A stretch of 63,997 nt of DNA, the filler included, from Atractiella rhizophila (Eukaryota): NCBI GenBank assembly GCA_021432655.1. It is 20 parts of 20 records of this genome, joined end to end, with 100 filler letters (N's around TTAATTAATTAA, not from the genome) between each part and the next. Parts side by side here need not be neighbours in the genome. Positions count along the whole stretch, not along the records: positions 19,565 to 22,705 come from MU272574.1; positions 22,806 to 25,944 come from MU272575.1; positions 26,045 to 29,178 come from MU272577.1; positions 29,279 to 32,404 come from MU272578.1; positions 32,505 to 35,616 come from MU272579.1; 15 more parts are not named here. One strand, 5' to 3'. The notes beneath the pieces were generated by a model, which had not been told where the DNA came from, ran no database searches, and saw only the letters and a list, made by a program, of their open reading frames with translations. This document shows, piece by piece, positions 21,751 through 34,420 of the stretch. Each line of letters starts with the position of its first letter. The first letter of the stretch is position 1. A program made the translations under genes and the position numbers.

Positions 21751-23645
21751 TCTGCGGATTCTAGATCCATAATGCAGATGCAGGCAATCCTTTTTTTCTC
21801 CAAAGATAATCTCCTGATCTACCGCTTAAAAGTGTTCCGTACTTCTGTTCATCCCAGAGGAAGAAACATGAACATCAAGTTGCTCGATAAAGGACGTTAT
21901 CGCTCTCTGATTGTTACCATGATACGTGTGCGAGTACATAGCGGTGGGGGACATCATCATCCGTTGACGGTGAAAAGGTAACACGAAAGTGTCCCACGAC
22001 ATAAAATAGTCAAAAGAGCAAGTCCATGTATCTGACACACTGGTTGCTCGGTTGCGATGGAGAGGTAATGGACACAAAAATTATTGATTGATGAACTGAA
22101 TACATCATTTTCTAGGGGTTCGATCCCAATTGAAGGATTTTGGTCCACTTCAGTGTCATAGAGTGAGTCGTGTCGTGTAGTCGGCGCGTTGCTCTCACGT
22201 TGACTCAATCGGGGGAAGTTGAATGGGCAGCTGAGGTCTCCAAGCATCTAATGACAGAATAATCTGGTGTGGAAGACTGGTTGTGCTGCCAGGGTCAATT
22301 GGAACATTAATTTCCCGACGTCTCTCCGACGAGGCATGGTCTGCTGGTGGGCATTGAATGATGTTCACTTCTCTGAGGTTCTTATATCCTCCTTCCAAGA
22401 GTTCAGCAGCACCTCACTTTCTGTGGGATCCAACTATCAAATGCGGAACCCTTATGTCATAGTTATGATTACTCGTTAACTTCGCTGATCTTCATTCTAG
22501 CACATATTCAGCATCCACTTTTACAAATTACACTACCTTGTAAAGAAAGCTGTTGGGTTCTTCAGTAATGTTTGCTTTACAAGAGCGCAATGGTGTACAG
22601 TTAACAACAATTTGAACACAAGATATCAGGTTAAATGGTTGTCAAACGTAGAACCAGATGGAATAGGAAAAGTGATGCTCAACGGAGAACAAAATACATG
22701 CCCCCNNNNNNNNNNNNNNNNNNNNNNNNNNNNNNNNNNNNNNNNNNNNTTAATTAATTAANNNNNNNNNNNNNNNNNNNNNNNNNNNNNNNNNNNNNNN
22801 NNNNNACGAAAGAAGTGGACGCTTTGCATAGCTTGCTAGACCAAAACTACACAGCCGTCTGCTGGCGATTAGGAGGCGACAACCGAGAACCTCACCGTCA
22901 CCAATACGGCTGGAAGTTACGTGCAGGGAATTACGCTGCGGTACGATGGGCAGGCTCTCAACTACAGGATCCAACCGACATCACCCCGTGGTGGGCAGGT
23001 AACACAATGTCTTGCTTACTGGAGGAGTCGCCAGAAGATTATAATTGGCACATGCGCAATTGTTCGGAGCTCTACCTTATTATCAATATCGTAACCGGGG
23101 CTTTTGACACAAAATTCGCGCGTTAACAAGCCTCAAAATGAAGGAAATTTTGGCACACTATGTCTGCGGAACCTGAAACATCACGTGACCACGTCACAAA
23201 ACATGGGCGACAACGTCATCTTGAGTCGGTAGAGCTACGTTGACTATAGTCTGAAAGCTCTGAAATATGATCACAACAACGTCATCTTGAGCAATGACTT
23301 GAATCCTGCCCAGCGCAGGATTGAAAGCCATCACCTGCAGGCTGATAAAACTTCATTACCAAACTCCACTCTAAACCTGAGTTGAGCTTGATAAGAAGGA
23401 CCATGTAGTCATTGACTTCGGAGCTCACGGACTTGGGTGCTCTGCCCGAGTGTAGATATTTCAGCGAAACTTCACTGAATCACACCAAAACAATCCGACA
23501 ATGACAAAAGAGAGAAAACGGACCGTCAACCGTGATGTTCCGTGCAGAAAGGCTCTACCTCTGACACGCCCAGCCTACTAAATCACATATCTCATATCCT
23601 GCTGCAAGGGTTGAGCATGCCTTCGGTCCCATCAATATGCATCAA

Positions 23646-25944
23646 CAAGTGTGTCAGTGCCCTCGTCCCTCGGGCATCCCCCCCCCTGCCAGGGGCTTCG
23701 CCCCTTGGACCCCAGCCTCCGGCGGCCACTGCGTGGAGCTCTTGCCTCTGGCAGCCACTGCGTGGGGCCTCGCCTCCGGTGAGCACAGACTCACCATATG
23801 TACTCTACTGTCTTCAAAAACAATGAAAGCTGAGTGGTCTCCTCGTACCTCGGAGAACCACTTCAGCTTTTGACTATACTGTTAGGAACATGCTGAGAGA
23901 TGATCAGTGATTGAGTACTCGTAACACTTCATTGTAAACTACATTATCTGTTTGCTTATTTTCTTCTCCTTGCTTTGTTTTGACCAATACTCGTAAATTG
24001 TTTGCGTTTGAAACCCGTGAAAGACCAACATAAAGCTGCCCATGAGAGAAAGGAGAAGACTCTAAGTACAAACCCACATGTCCAACAGATTGTCCTTCCA
24101 CTTTATTCAGAGTTAAGGCAAACGCTAAGCGCACAGGGAATTGAAAACGCCGGAATTTGAAAAGGAGCTGGTTTGATACTGCACTGTCAATACCAATTCG
24201 AGGAATGAGAACTGATTCGCCACTGTGTGCACCTGTAATGATGGTTGCTTCGATGACTCATCGGAGAAGCTGAGTGACAATGAGCCACGTGCCGTTGCAC
24301 AGGCCAGCAGATGGATTGAGATTTCACAGAAGAATGATGGGCGCACCGGTCTTGAGGTGTAAACGATGCGAAGGGAATCCAGAGATCTCCAGGGTATTCA
24401 GGTACTCGACAGAGAAGCGATTTCTGAGATCTCCCTCATCATCTATAATTTGATCTGTGCTATAATATACCCAATCTCCTATGGATTCGAGCCACTTAAT
24501 CAAGTGATCGTTGATGCCATCCACACGATGTGGGCATGTCGTAGACCTCTCTTCTGACATTCAATGACCCAGACATATCTGATAACCCTTCCAAAGATCT
24601 GTCGTACCACTAAATCCTTGATGTACTCCAGAGCCTTCAGTCGAAAAACCCTTGAAACCAAATCTGGTCGATCCTCTGGTTTTTGTCCTGGTAGGAGGGC
24701 TTCCGTGATCTCTGCCCAGTGTGGGTTGCAAGTGAAGGTTGTAAAGATATTTGGGGGTCCTTTGGCACCAACTATAGTCATTGCATCCTGGAACAGCTGA
24801 TTCATTGAACGTGGACTGCCAGTGAAACTTGATGGTAATATAGTCCGCCTCCTGATATCTTCTAAAGAATAGCCTTCTGCAAGGGCGTCCGTAAGACCTT
24901 GATACCCCTCAGCTCGAAGAATAGACTTGATTGAACCGCAAATAGCGGAGTCGATTCGCCTCAATTTGAGCATAAGCATCGACTACCAATTCTTGCAGTA
25001 GCCGACCACCGTAGAGAGGGAGTGAGAATATATCATTTCGTTGATGCAATAGAACTCCATTTGGCTGACACGTTGTCGAACCCCAGAATTACCAACTTGC
25101 ATGCCGTCATCATTGAAGTGCTCTCGCTCGTGAGGAGGAAGATCTGCAGGCAGGTCTCGATACGGAATCTGCGGATGCCATCCTTGGTCGCCATATGGAA
25201 ACAGAAGAGGAAAACGAAGTGGAAGATAATTTGAGTTAAGCTCATTCACACGCTGTAAGTTGCTACCGGTCCTGGTTGCCCTGAGCTGGATGACAATATC
25301 TCTGGCCACTCCATATTCTTCTCTGTTACCGTCTCCTACCATCACTACAGCAACTTCACTGGCTACAGGAATGTTGTAGCGTCTTGGGTCCCTATCTCGC
25401 GGGGCGACTGTGCGAAGATGTAGTGTTGTAGTGGGATCCTGTTCCATTCTTTCTTTTGCAAATTTGTAGATCCTGGGATATGGGTTGACACGGAAGAGCA
25501 TAGCCTGAAGGTCTTCAAGCGTCCTACGATTCAGTGATATTGAAGTGTTGCCAACTCTTCGTTCAGTCTGTACAGCTGAATCTGCAATGTAGACCTGTGC
25601 AAATGTTTCACACCCTTCTTATTGTGGTAAAAGAGTGCCAATAAGGTGGCACAACTCTCCCTGAATTTTGAAGGAGTAGGGACCATGTCCAGGAATTGAT
25701 ACCTGGCGGACGCCTAAGGATGTAAATGCAAAAGCATTATTGAATATCCTGATATGCTCTCGAAATGCCATTGACTCTATAATGATTGTTCCTCTCAGAT
25801 ATGTATATGCAAAAAAATTGAATAGACATACTTACCTGTTGTATTGTCATGTGTAAAAAAGCTTTTGTAGCTCTTCAGGTGGAGGCGGAGGAACAGGTAG
25901 CAGCACCTTGCTGTGGAGACAGCACAATGTAAACTTTGGATTTC
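23646..25944 (-). mobile_element. Helitron, non-autonomous deletion derivative (Rep N-part fused to Pif1 helicase C-part); 5' partial
   Basis: Rep region: FREHIRIFNNAFAFTS, GPYSFKIQG, DPRRYNIP, YLPLRFPLLFPYGDQGW, ILPSSFTGSPRSMNQLFQDAM, FTTFTCNPHW, DRPDLVSRVF, VIECQKRGLRHAHI. This abuts helicase motifs LHLKTGAPIILL*NL..GLCNGT, QFPVRLAFALTLNKVEGQS, FSHGQLYVGLSRV, NVVYNEVL. A GC hairpin and CTTG|T lie at ~23646. Confidence 0.93.
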
Positions 25945-26044
25945 NNNNNNNNNNNNNNNNNNNNNNNNNNNNNNNNNNNNNNNNNNNNTTAATTAATTAA
26001 NNNNNNNNNNNNNNNNNNNNNNNNNNNNNNNNNNNNNNNNNNNN

Positions 26045-29000
26045 CTCTTGATAGTTGATTTTTCTTTCGCTGGACTGATTCAGTCATGACATAGGTCTGA
26101 GGGACACTTCGGTCCATTGGACCTGCTTCTACCCAATACGGCCCAAGAGACACCATATCCTGCTGACTTGGAGGTTTGGAAGCAGACTGTTTCAAGAGAG
26201 TCTGTGGATTTTTGGCTGGACTGATGATGTGCTGATACACCAAGTCTTGTGCAGACCGTGAGCTTTTAGGTTCCAAAGAAGTCGTGAAGGCAAGAAGGAA
26301 CCCTTCATATAGGGATCGACGGAGAGGGTAAACCGATGCGTTTTCAGCGGCGAAGGCTAAGGCGCGAGCAAGAGTACGCATTGAAAAATGAGGTGGCTGG
26401 TTAGATCCATCCGCCAGCTCTGCGTTTTTGGCCAGCTTCCGTAGACTAGTGTAAAGCTCCGCTGCATCGAATTCCACAGCCCGATCTGTAACTGAACTCG
26501 TCTTGCTAATATATTCGTGCACAATGCTGATGAGAGAGTCTCTGTCAGCGTCCGGAGGGTCTACCCAGAACCTGGTAAACCTATTTTTCATGACCTGGGG
26601 AAGATCTTTTTTGCCAACGTCTGTGGCAGGGTTCATGCAGGCGAAAATACGGAATTCAGGATGACGAAAGACAGAATCCACCTCTCCCATTTCTGTCAAG
26701 GTGATGGATGAAGTGGGGAATTGTAATATTGGAGCTATCACTTCCAGGGTCTCAAAGGAAGCAAGATTGACTTCATCCAGCAAGATCCAATGCCCTTCCT
26801 TCAAGGCCGTAACGAGAGGTCCATCGATGAAAGAAAATTTGAAAGGTGATGATGAGGCCGGGTGGACTTTTTTCTTCTTAACAAAGGCTAGATCGAATGC
26901 ATCGACGTCCTCGACAAAGTTTTCCCACGCTTTCAAAGATTGGTCATGATCCAGCTTCCTCTTCTTGTGAGGTGATTCGGCAAGCTGTTCCGAAAGCTTG
27001 GAACGTGCCACTCTGGAGGGTAACTGGGCAAAGGCAGTCTTTGAAGCCTCGTGCCAAAGTTTTACCAGCCGGCTATAGCGATGCTTCTCAAAAGTTTCTT
27101 TGACTGAACCAATGAATTTGGCATTCTTGGCTGTATCAAAGGTGCTCGTAAACAAGGAAATAAAGCGGTTGACAAGAGCGGCAGCTTCAACTGGGAAAGT
27201 TCTCAGTAAAAACCGAGAAAGGTAGTGAAATACGCACCTTTCACGTTTTTGACGACGTCGCCATCGACAGGTTTTAATCCACCAATCAAGTCTGCTGGCT
27301 CTGTTTGTTTGCTCAAGTTCACAACAATCAACTTCTTTCCTACATGTTCTGCTAAGTGAGCAACTGCCGTGGTTTTTCCCGTTCCCGTTTCTCCGACTAG
27401 AAGCACTGGTTCGTTGCTAAGGACGCATGAGGCTACACGTTCGAGAAGGAGGCGGGAGGGGCGCGTCAGAGCAAATGGACGAGAAGCTGGCGCCTTGTGA
27501 CGAGATTTGCAGGGTAATCTGGATCGCCCTACTTCGAGGAAAGAATTCTCAATGGAGCTCTCCACGCCAAATGCGTCAGTTGCGACATCATTCTTCACTA
27601 CTTCTGGTTTTCTGCTGCTAACAATCCATTCCACCCGGTCTTTGTTAATCCCAAGAATGCTTCCTAGTCGGAATAACATGGACATTTCTTCGGTCTTTTC
27701 GTTCGCGGAAAAAAAAAGGTCGAGGGCGTCGAGGAAGATGTGATCTTGAAGGACTGGATTGGAGCCAAGAGATGTGAAACTAGTGCAGGAGTGCAATGTT
27801 TTCAAACGCGCAACCCATTTCATCAACCCATCGATGCCAGTTGCAATGCCCATTTCCCTCCAGACCCGCATACAGTCGAGAACCCAAGGGAAATCTCCAA
27901 GCTTTGCAATAACAAGATCATCAAGTTCCTTCTGTTCGAACGGCGGGACTGCGACAGCATTAGACCAATACTCCTTCCCAATCCATCGTTTGTCTTCTTG
28001 GCAGACTCCAAAAAGCATGAAACCTTCGTGTGCGCCAATCCACGAACCTCTCATCCCGCTTTCCGTCCACATTCCTGCACCTGCCTCGTGACCCCATCCA
28101 CCCCAAGCGCCGCCAACCTTCCAGTCTTTGCTTCTGAAATGAATCCTTTCTGTTAGTTCTCGAATGACTGATTCTACCGAACCCATAGGAACTAATTTGT
28201 CTAAAGCCGTAAAAATGACCCATCGACCTGACTGCAAGGCAGCCGCAAGAGTGCCCATGTGGAAGCTGAACAGCTCCTCATTCTCAGGATTGCTTGATGA
28301 CGAGTATCCTCCTAAGAGCGAACGGCCGTCCATAGTCTTGTCACTGAAATCTATGACGATCGGGGGTTGCGCTCCAACATGATGCGCCACTCGACAGAGA
28401 AGTTGAGGGACATCTAAGTGTGATGAACTTGGGAGAGAGAAAAGCATGGGATGTCGGGTCTTGAGGGAGCTGGAAATATGTGGCAGGAGCTGAAGCGCTG
28501 AAGAGGAAACAATGAAATCTGGAGGAGACATCTCTTGACTTTTGGACGGCGAGAGGTAGCGCTCATTCATGACGATTCGCCCATGGAGAATGCGGACGAG
28601 GTGGCACAAATCCTCGTGTCGCAGCTCCAATGCAGAACTGTCCACCTCCATGATATCCTGTTCTTCGACCTTCTCTCCACGCTTCGAATGAAACTGAATT
28701 CTCTCCCATTCGGCATAATCGGCAACCCAAGCATCAATCCGAACACGGTGAGTCCTCAATGAACCTCCACTGGAAAGGTCTTGCTGCATGACTGTTTCAT
28801 CCCAATCAATGTAGTCTTCATTGGCGTCTTCTTGTGGTATGGGCACGAATTCATCTTGGCATATCCATTTCTTCCTCTCTTCCACCCCTCGGCCTGCGGT
28901 CCAGCCTCTCCAACGCTTGACGCAATGCCAGGCCAAAATCCTGGTTCCACGATGTGGAGACGTTTTCATCAATTCGGTTACAAATTTTGGCAGGGTCCAC

Positions 29001-29178
29001 GAGGGAGAGGATTCAGGAGAAGTGCGGCTGATGAACGAGAGCGGGAAAGAAGGCAGGGAGTGCAAAATTCGGAAGAGGGGGAGGAGCATTGTAGGCGAGG
29101 TGCTGATCGCTTCGAGACCAGACGGAGTTGTGAGAAGAGGATGGCGCATAAAAAGAAGAAACATTCTAATAGATAGCC
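26045..29178 (-). CDS. MDN1: Midasin / Rea1 AAA ATPase, N-terminal part; partial
   Basis: NEPVLLVGETGTGKTT, VNLSKQTEPADLIGGLKP, FSFIDGPLVTALKEGHWILLDEVNLA, FRIFACMNPATDVGKKDLP, PHFSMRTLARAL, RRSLYEGF. Confidence 0.95.
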
Positions 29179-29278
29179 NNNNNNNNNNNNNNNNNNNNNN
29201 NNNNNNNNNNNNNNNNNNNNNNTTAATTAATTAANNNNNNNNNNNNNNNNNNNNNNNNNNNNNNNNNNNNNNNNNNNN

Positions 29279-29795
29279 AGCCATTGTCTTTCCCATTTCT
29301 GCTGTTGCAGTACTCTGTAGTCACTTGCCGATTCTGCTGGGTGTCGAGGACGTGTTTCCACTGTCCATGGATACCAAGCTGCATCGACATAATCATAATG
29401 CGGGTGAAGGCTTGGATCTACGACCCTACCACCGCCGATGTCGAAAGGACGCTTTTCGCGTACCCTGTTGCGCCATCTCAGCAAATGTCTCAGCGTTACT
29501 GGACGTGGATTACCATCTCTTGGATTTTGTTACCGAGCTTTGGTACATAGGGTGAGAGCTGATGAAGGGCATCTTGACTTCTGTCCAATGGAGACTGGAG
29601 AAGCTGAGAACTTGATTTAGTGGGACCAGGCATCAGAGGATGAAGTTCTCTTTTATCCATTCTTTCCCTTTGATGGAGAGAGATAAAGGGATCCACGGCT
29701 ATGACAGGTCTCCCTGCCGACAGCAGCGCATCAGCGAAATCTGGCTGAAGAGCTAAAAGGTCAAGCATTCGCTGATATTGAGATCCCTTTGTCAT
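29279..29795 (-). CDS. Possible multi-exon gene fragment, unknown
   Basis: A 99-aa ORF followed by intron-like segments toward the contig edge. No motif recognised. Confidence 0.25.
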
Positions 29796-30412
29796 TCTTA
29801 AACTACACCTAAAGAATATATTATCGCAATAAGCGCAACTCCTTTGTCTTTGGCTGCGGATAAGAGGACAAAGGTTCCTTGCGGAAGTCTTTGTCTAGCA
29901 GGAACCCATTTCAGTGAAGTGAATGGCTGCTCATATCTTTAGTAGCTTTCACAAACTAAGACTTGTGAGAGAGTCGAAGCAGACAAATTATCCAAAGAGG
30001 ATACTCATAAGCAAAACTTTTACTGTTGGGCTCGTCACAGTTCTAAAACCAGTACCAGGTCGATCCTGCTGATATTTGGTTTTCTTGCAAGCTTCTCTGG
30101 CGCTACACCTAGTGAAAGCATTCATGGCTACAAGCGATGATAACAAAAATGGGGACGGTGCATTTTTCGACGTTTCGCAATTCCCTCTTCCCGGTGTTGC
30201 TTCGACAGTGAAGTGTAGGCTACGCAGAGACTGAGGCCACCCTAATACTAGGAAATCAAATGTAGCGCTGTCATACCAAACTCGATTACGAAGTTGTATT
30301 TGTCGATTTTAATCCCATATCTTACAAGCATACTTTTGATCACTTCGTCCACACGATGTACTCTCTTTGGAGCCCATCATCGTAACCCTTTGAGTGCCCC
30401 ATAGCGAAGCAT

Positions 30413-32162
30413 TCAAGTTTTAACCTCTCCCAGCGCTTGCCCGACCTTCACCTTTTCACCCTCCTTGACCAAAAAGCTGAAAGTTTCCGGCGCCTCAAAA
30501 ACCAGCACGATAGTAGATCCAAGCCAAAATCCGCCCATTTCCTCGCCAATGCGGATCGGTTGTCCATTGAGCGTCAAACTCGCGCTTTTGTAGTTGGCCT
30601 CCGTGAATGTCCCAGGAATGGTGGGCCGCAGAGGGCTATTCGTCCGCAGGGATTTGTCGAAGTTTATCCTGATCGAGCCGACATTCGTCGCACCGACTGG
30701 AACCATGGAAAAGAAGCCGTGACGCCAACGACCTAAAAGGGCTACGCGCTCGTTGAGCACGAAGAGGTCGGCCAGTTTCCCAACCATCCAGGGGGAGACG
30801 GAGAAAAGTTCGCCTTATCACGTGGACGGGTCATCAGATATGAAGTGGGAAGGCATTGAAGAGGAAGAGAGGACAACATACCCCCGAAATGGCGTCTACG
30901 TTCGCATACCCAATTTGTGGGCGAGTGGAAACGGTGGTAATCGCCTGGGGCGAGATAAACAACTGTATAGAAGAGCCTATTGTCATCACCAGACATCATC
31001 AGCATACGATACCAAGAAAGGAAAAAGAAATATACTTAGTTCCTGTCCTTGTTCCCTTCCACGGAGCCCATCCTTCTCCCTCCAACTCCATCGCTACAGC
31101 CGCCTCTTGAGATGCGCTTTTTCTGTCAACAGTCTCATCCGTCTCTCCGCCTTCCTTCCCATCTTCCGCCTTCTCCACCCGTCGGTCCGCCTGTTGCTCC
31201 TTTGTTCCTGCCACCAGATCTGTGAGCGAATACTCTAGGCCATTTAGGTTCGCGAATTCCCGCTCGGAGACAATGTGATGGTCAGGGTTCAAAGGCGGGG
31301 TTTCGGACGGAGTGGAAGAGCCTGGAGTAGAGGGAATAGGAGTAGATGCGCCAGAGCCGGAAAGTAAGGCATCGAGTGAGTAAGATGCTCCTTTTATGCT
31401 CTCCACCCTCGAGCCTTTGATCGTTCCGAAGTTCACAATCCTCCCATCGGCAGGCGAGACCTATGCACGTTCTCAACTTTGGTAACGCAGGCCAAGGATA
31501 CTCACTAGTATCGTATCAGCAATCGGCCGTGCTCCCTCCTTCAGTCGTCTCATGAAAAATTCGCTCAAGGATCGATATGTGGTGAGGTCGTCAGTTTCGC
31601 ATTCTTCCAGGTTTACGCCAAAGACCAGAGCATAGAGCTTGAAGCCCGGAACTCGACACCACACGGGTAGAGTATAGGAGTTTAAGGCACCGTAGATGCG
31701 GGAGATAGTGCGTAGTGGAAGTGCGCCAATTACATGCACCTTTGGATACCAAGTCTGCATGCAGGTCCCAATTGATGAAACAATGGACGAACCTGCCATG
31801 GCCCTTTTACGCGAACAGGAGGCACTCTCTCTTCTCCTTCTCCTGTCCCTCCAGCCTGCTTCTCTCTGGCCAGGCGTTCGGCATCTGAATAGCGAGTCCG
31901 GGCTTTGAGGAAACTCAGGAAGCATAATATGGCTATCCCAGCGCCGAGAGGGAGTGGGTACCATTTCGTGGGGGTATCGTTTAGCCTTGCCCTTAAGCGT
32001 TCTGAAGCAGATTGTAAGCAAATGACGAGTGAGAAATGGATCCAGCAACGAACGAAGGAATGGCTCGTGTGATGGAGGGGTAAACTGAGAGCTCTGCCAG
32101 CGTACTCGTCGGCGCAAATAGCTCTTGAGCATGTCGCGCTTGCGGGTTGAGGTCCTGAACAT
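30413..32162 (-). CDS. PSD1: Phosphatidylserine decarboxylase 1 (mitochondrial type)
   Basis: [93 protein letters not shown] (LGST autocleavage motif). Appears complete. Confidence 0.96.
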
Positions 32163-32756
32163 CTTCCCTTATAGTCTAAGCGATACCTAAGCTACTGCTG
32201 AAGAATCAAAGCCTCGAGCGTGGATACAAGGAGAGGTTGTTGAAAGCTGAAAGACGTGACGCACAAGTTACGGTTCCGCTCCAAACGACGAAAACGCGTC
32301 TTCCATTGTCAACTTCCCGCGAGAAAACACGTCGAAACCCTCCATTTTTGCGCGAAAACGTTATTACGGAATAGGATATTAGGTGTACAACAAGGGAATA
32401 ACCTNNNNNNNNNNNNNNNNNNNNNNNNNNNNNNNNNNNNNNNNNNNNTTAATTAATTAANNNNNNNNNNNNNNNNNNNNNNNNNNNNNNNNNNNNNNNN
32501 NNNNCACAGGAAGGAAGATGAAGTAGAAGATGGAATTTGCTGTCAAACCATCAGAGAGACGAGAGTGCAGTTTTGTTTAGGAAACAATAGATTACAGTCT
32601 CAGGTTCATGGCAATACTGAGCTATGTTAAAAGTTGAGGGATGCCATACTAGCTGACACAAGTGACCTAGAGCAATCCAAACACCTAGTTGAAGCTGTGA
32701 AACAAGATTGTAAAGTGCAAAAACATCAAGTTGAGCTATGATACAGAAGTCTTTGC

Positions 32757-32916
32757 TGAGAGAAATGGTGCTGGATGGAGCAAGGGGACAGGGGTTGGTG
32801 GTTAAAGATGATGACCACCCAACCCACCTCCTAGGGATAAAACCATGGGAGCGAACACAACAAAGGTGGCTGACCTCATGAGTACAAAACCGTGTAGTAT
32901 CATACTTAATCCAACA
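32757..32916 (-). repeat. Diverged copy of the same LTR family
   Basis: Shares GCTGGAT.GAGC.AGGGGACAGG.GTTGGTGGTTA, CTAGGG, AAAGGTGGCTGACC and the AATCCAACA end with 33415-33575. Confidence 0.7.
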
Positions 32917-33179
32917 TTTGCATACTCAACAGAAGTTCAGACTTGCTCCTAATCCTAATGGTGTAAGAGGAGCATGCCTCTCCTTGCATAGGATTATCAC
33001 CCTCAAAAACAATTACACTTGGCTGAAGCAAGTAACTCTGTAATGTTGTCATAAGACATGATTCCCTTGGACCAGCAATCATTGAGTTGCTCAACAATAC
33101 CTTCCAGCACTTCAGTTATTGAGATTACCAAGGACTCTCTGTCATTGAGCAGAATCACAAAGGGGAGTAATGATAGGCA

Positions 33180-33575
33180 TGTTGATGTGGCATAGTTGTC
33201 CATCTTGAGTATAGTATGGGTGTCAGGTTTGTGTCAGGCTTGCTCCCACACATTACCGAAATGTGCTTGCCTCAGTCATGTGACCTACTTTTATGCTTCA
33301 CAAGTCAGTGCTCTTACCAGTTGCCACTTTGCCTTTTCTGCTGCTCTCTGCTGCTTTGCGTCTTTGCGCACAGTTTGCCGCTCTGTATTCCAGTTCATTT
33401 CGCCAGTCTGTGAGAGAAAAGGACGCTGGATAGAGCTAGGGGACAGGAGTTGGTGGTTATCATCTTTAACCACTAACTCCTGTCCCCTAGGGTGAAAACT
33501 ATGAAGTGAGTAAACACGGCAAAGGTGGCTGACCATACAAAGACATCACCATGAAATGTAACACCTAATCCAACA
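33180..33575 (-). repeat. Copia 3' LTR (~396 bp, TGTTG...CAACA) containing a 55-nt hairpin
   Basis: Termini TGTTGG (33575) and TCAACA (33180), with an adjacent PPT. Hairpin at 33436-33490. Confidence 0.7.
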
Positions 33576-34319
33576 CTCCCACCTCAGCAGCCACCTCTTG
33601 AAGCTTCCACCAAATCCCATGACCATCAAATAACAGTCCAAGATCCCACCGAATGTAGACAGCATCAAATGGCATGACACAAAGAAAACATGTTAATTTA
33701 CTGCCTAAAGCGAATGGAGAGATCCTCGCACTGCTTAGATCAGCATCTTATAACCTCCAGAAGGAGAACAGAGTTTTATTGCGGCCCATAACTGCCTTGT
33801 ACACTTGGGTAGGGGCGCAGACCCATCATTTCACAGAATTTGGGAACTCAAGCAACTGGTAAAGCCTTGGTAAGGAGGTCTGCAGGCATATACTTGCCAG
33901 GACAGAAGACTGGGCCAATGAGTCCAGATTCTATCGTGTCTCTGAGCCAGTAGAAATGAAGATCCAAGTGCTTCCCCTCTATCCATTCTATACTTAGAGT
34001 TAGATCATGTTACTGGTGTCACAGCGATTTGACCACCATCATGCTGCAGATCCGGTAGATAGTTCATTGCATTGTATATAGCAATTTGACCACCATGACA
34101 CTGTGGACCAGGTCCAGCGCACATGGTAGGGAGAGCCAGATAGGAATCCACATGTATTGCCATAATTGATTTTTTTCTTTCTCTTCTGATATCACAACGT
34201 CACCTTATTCTTTTAGACGGTTGTGATTGGCCTCTTCATTAGTAATCAGCTAATCTCAATGTGCTTGACAAATCACCACCTACACAATTTCCTTCTCCAG
34301 CTATTTCATAGTGTTGTGT

Positions 34320-34420
34320 TTGTGTGGCCACCTTTGCTGTGTTTACTTACTCATATTTTTCTCCCTAGGGGGGGGGGCAGTCTTGGTGGTCATGATCTTT
34401 GACCACCAAGAGTCTGCTGC
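34320..34420 (+). repeat. Inverted partial copy of the same LTR hairpin region
   Basis: CCACCTTTGCTGTGTTTACT...CCCTAG..TCTTGGTGGTCA-TGATCTT-TGACCACCAAGA is the reverse complement of the LTR segment. Confidence 0.65.

Noticed and set aside
22815..23290. 103-aa ORF and a 16-bp direct repeat (ACAACGTCATCTTGAG) beside the Helitron end
   Set aside because: No recognisable motif, and it lies outside the inferred Helitron terminus, so it cannot be called captured cargo.
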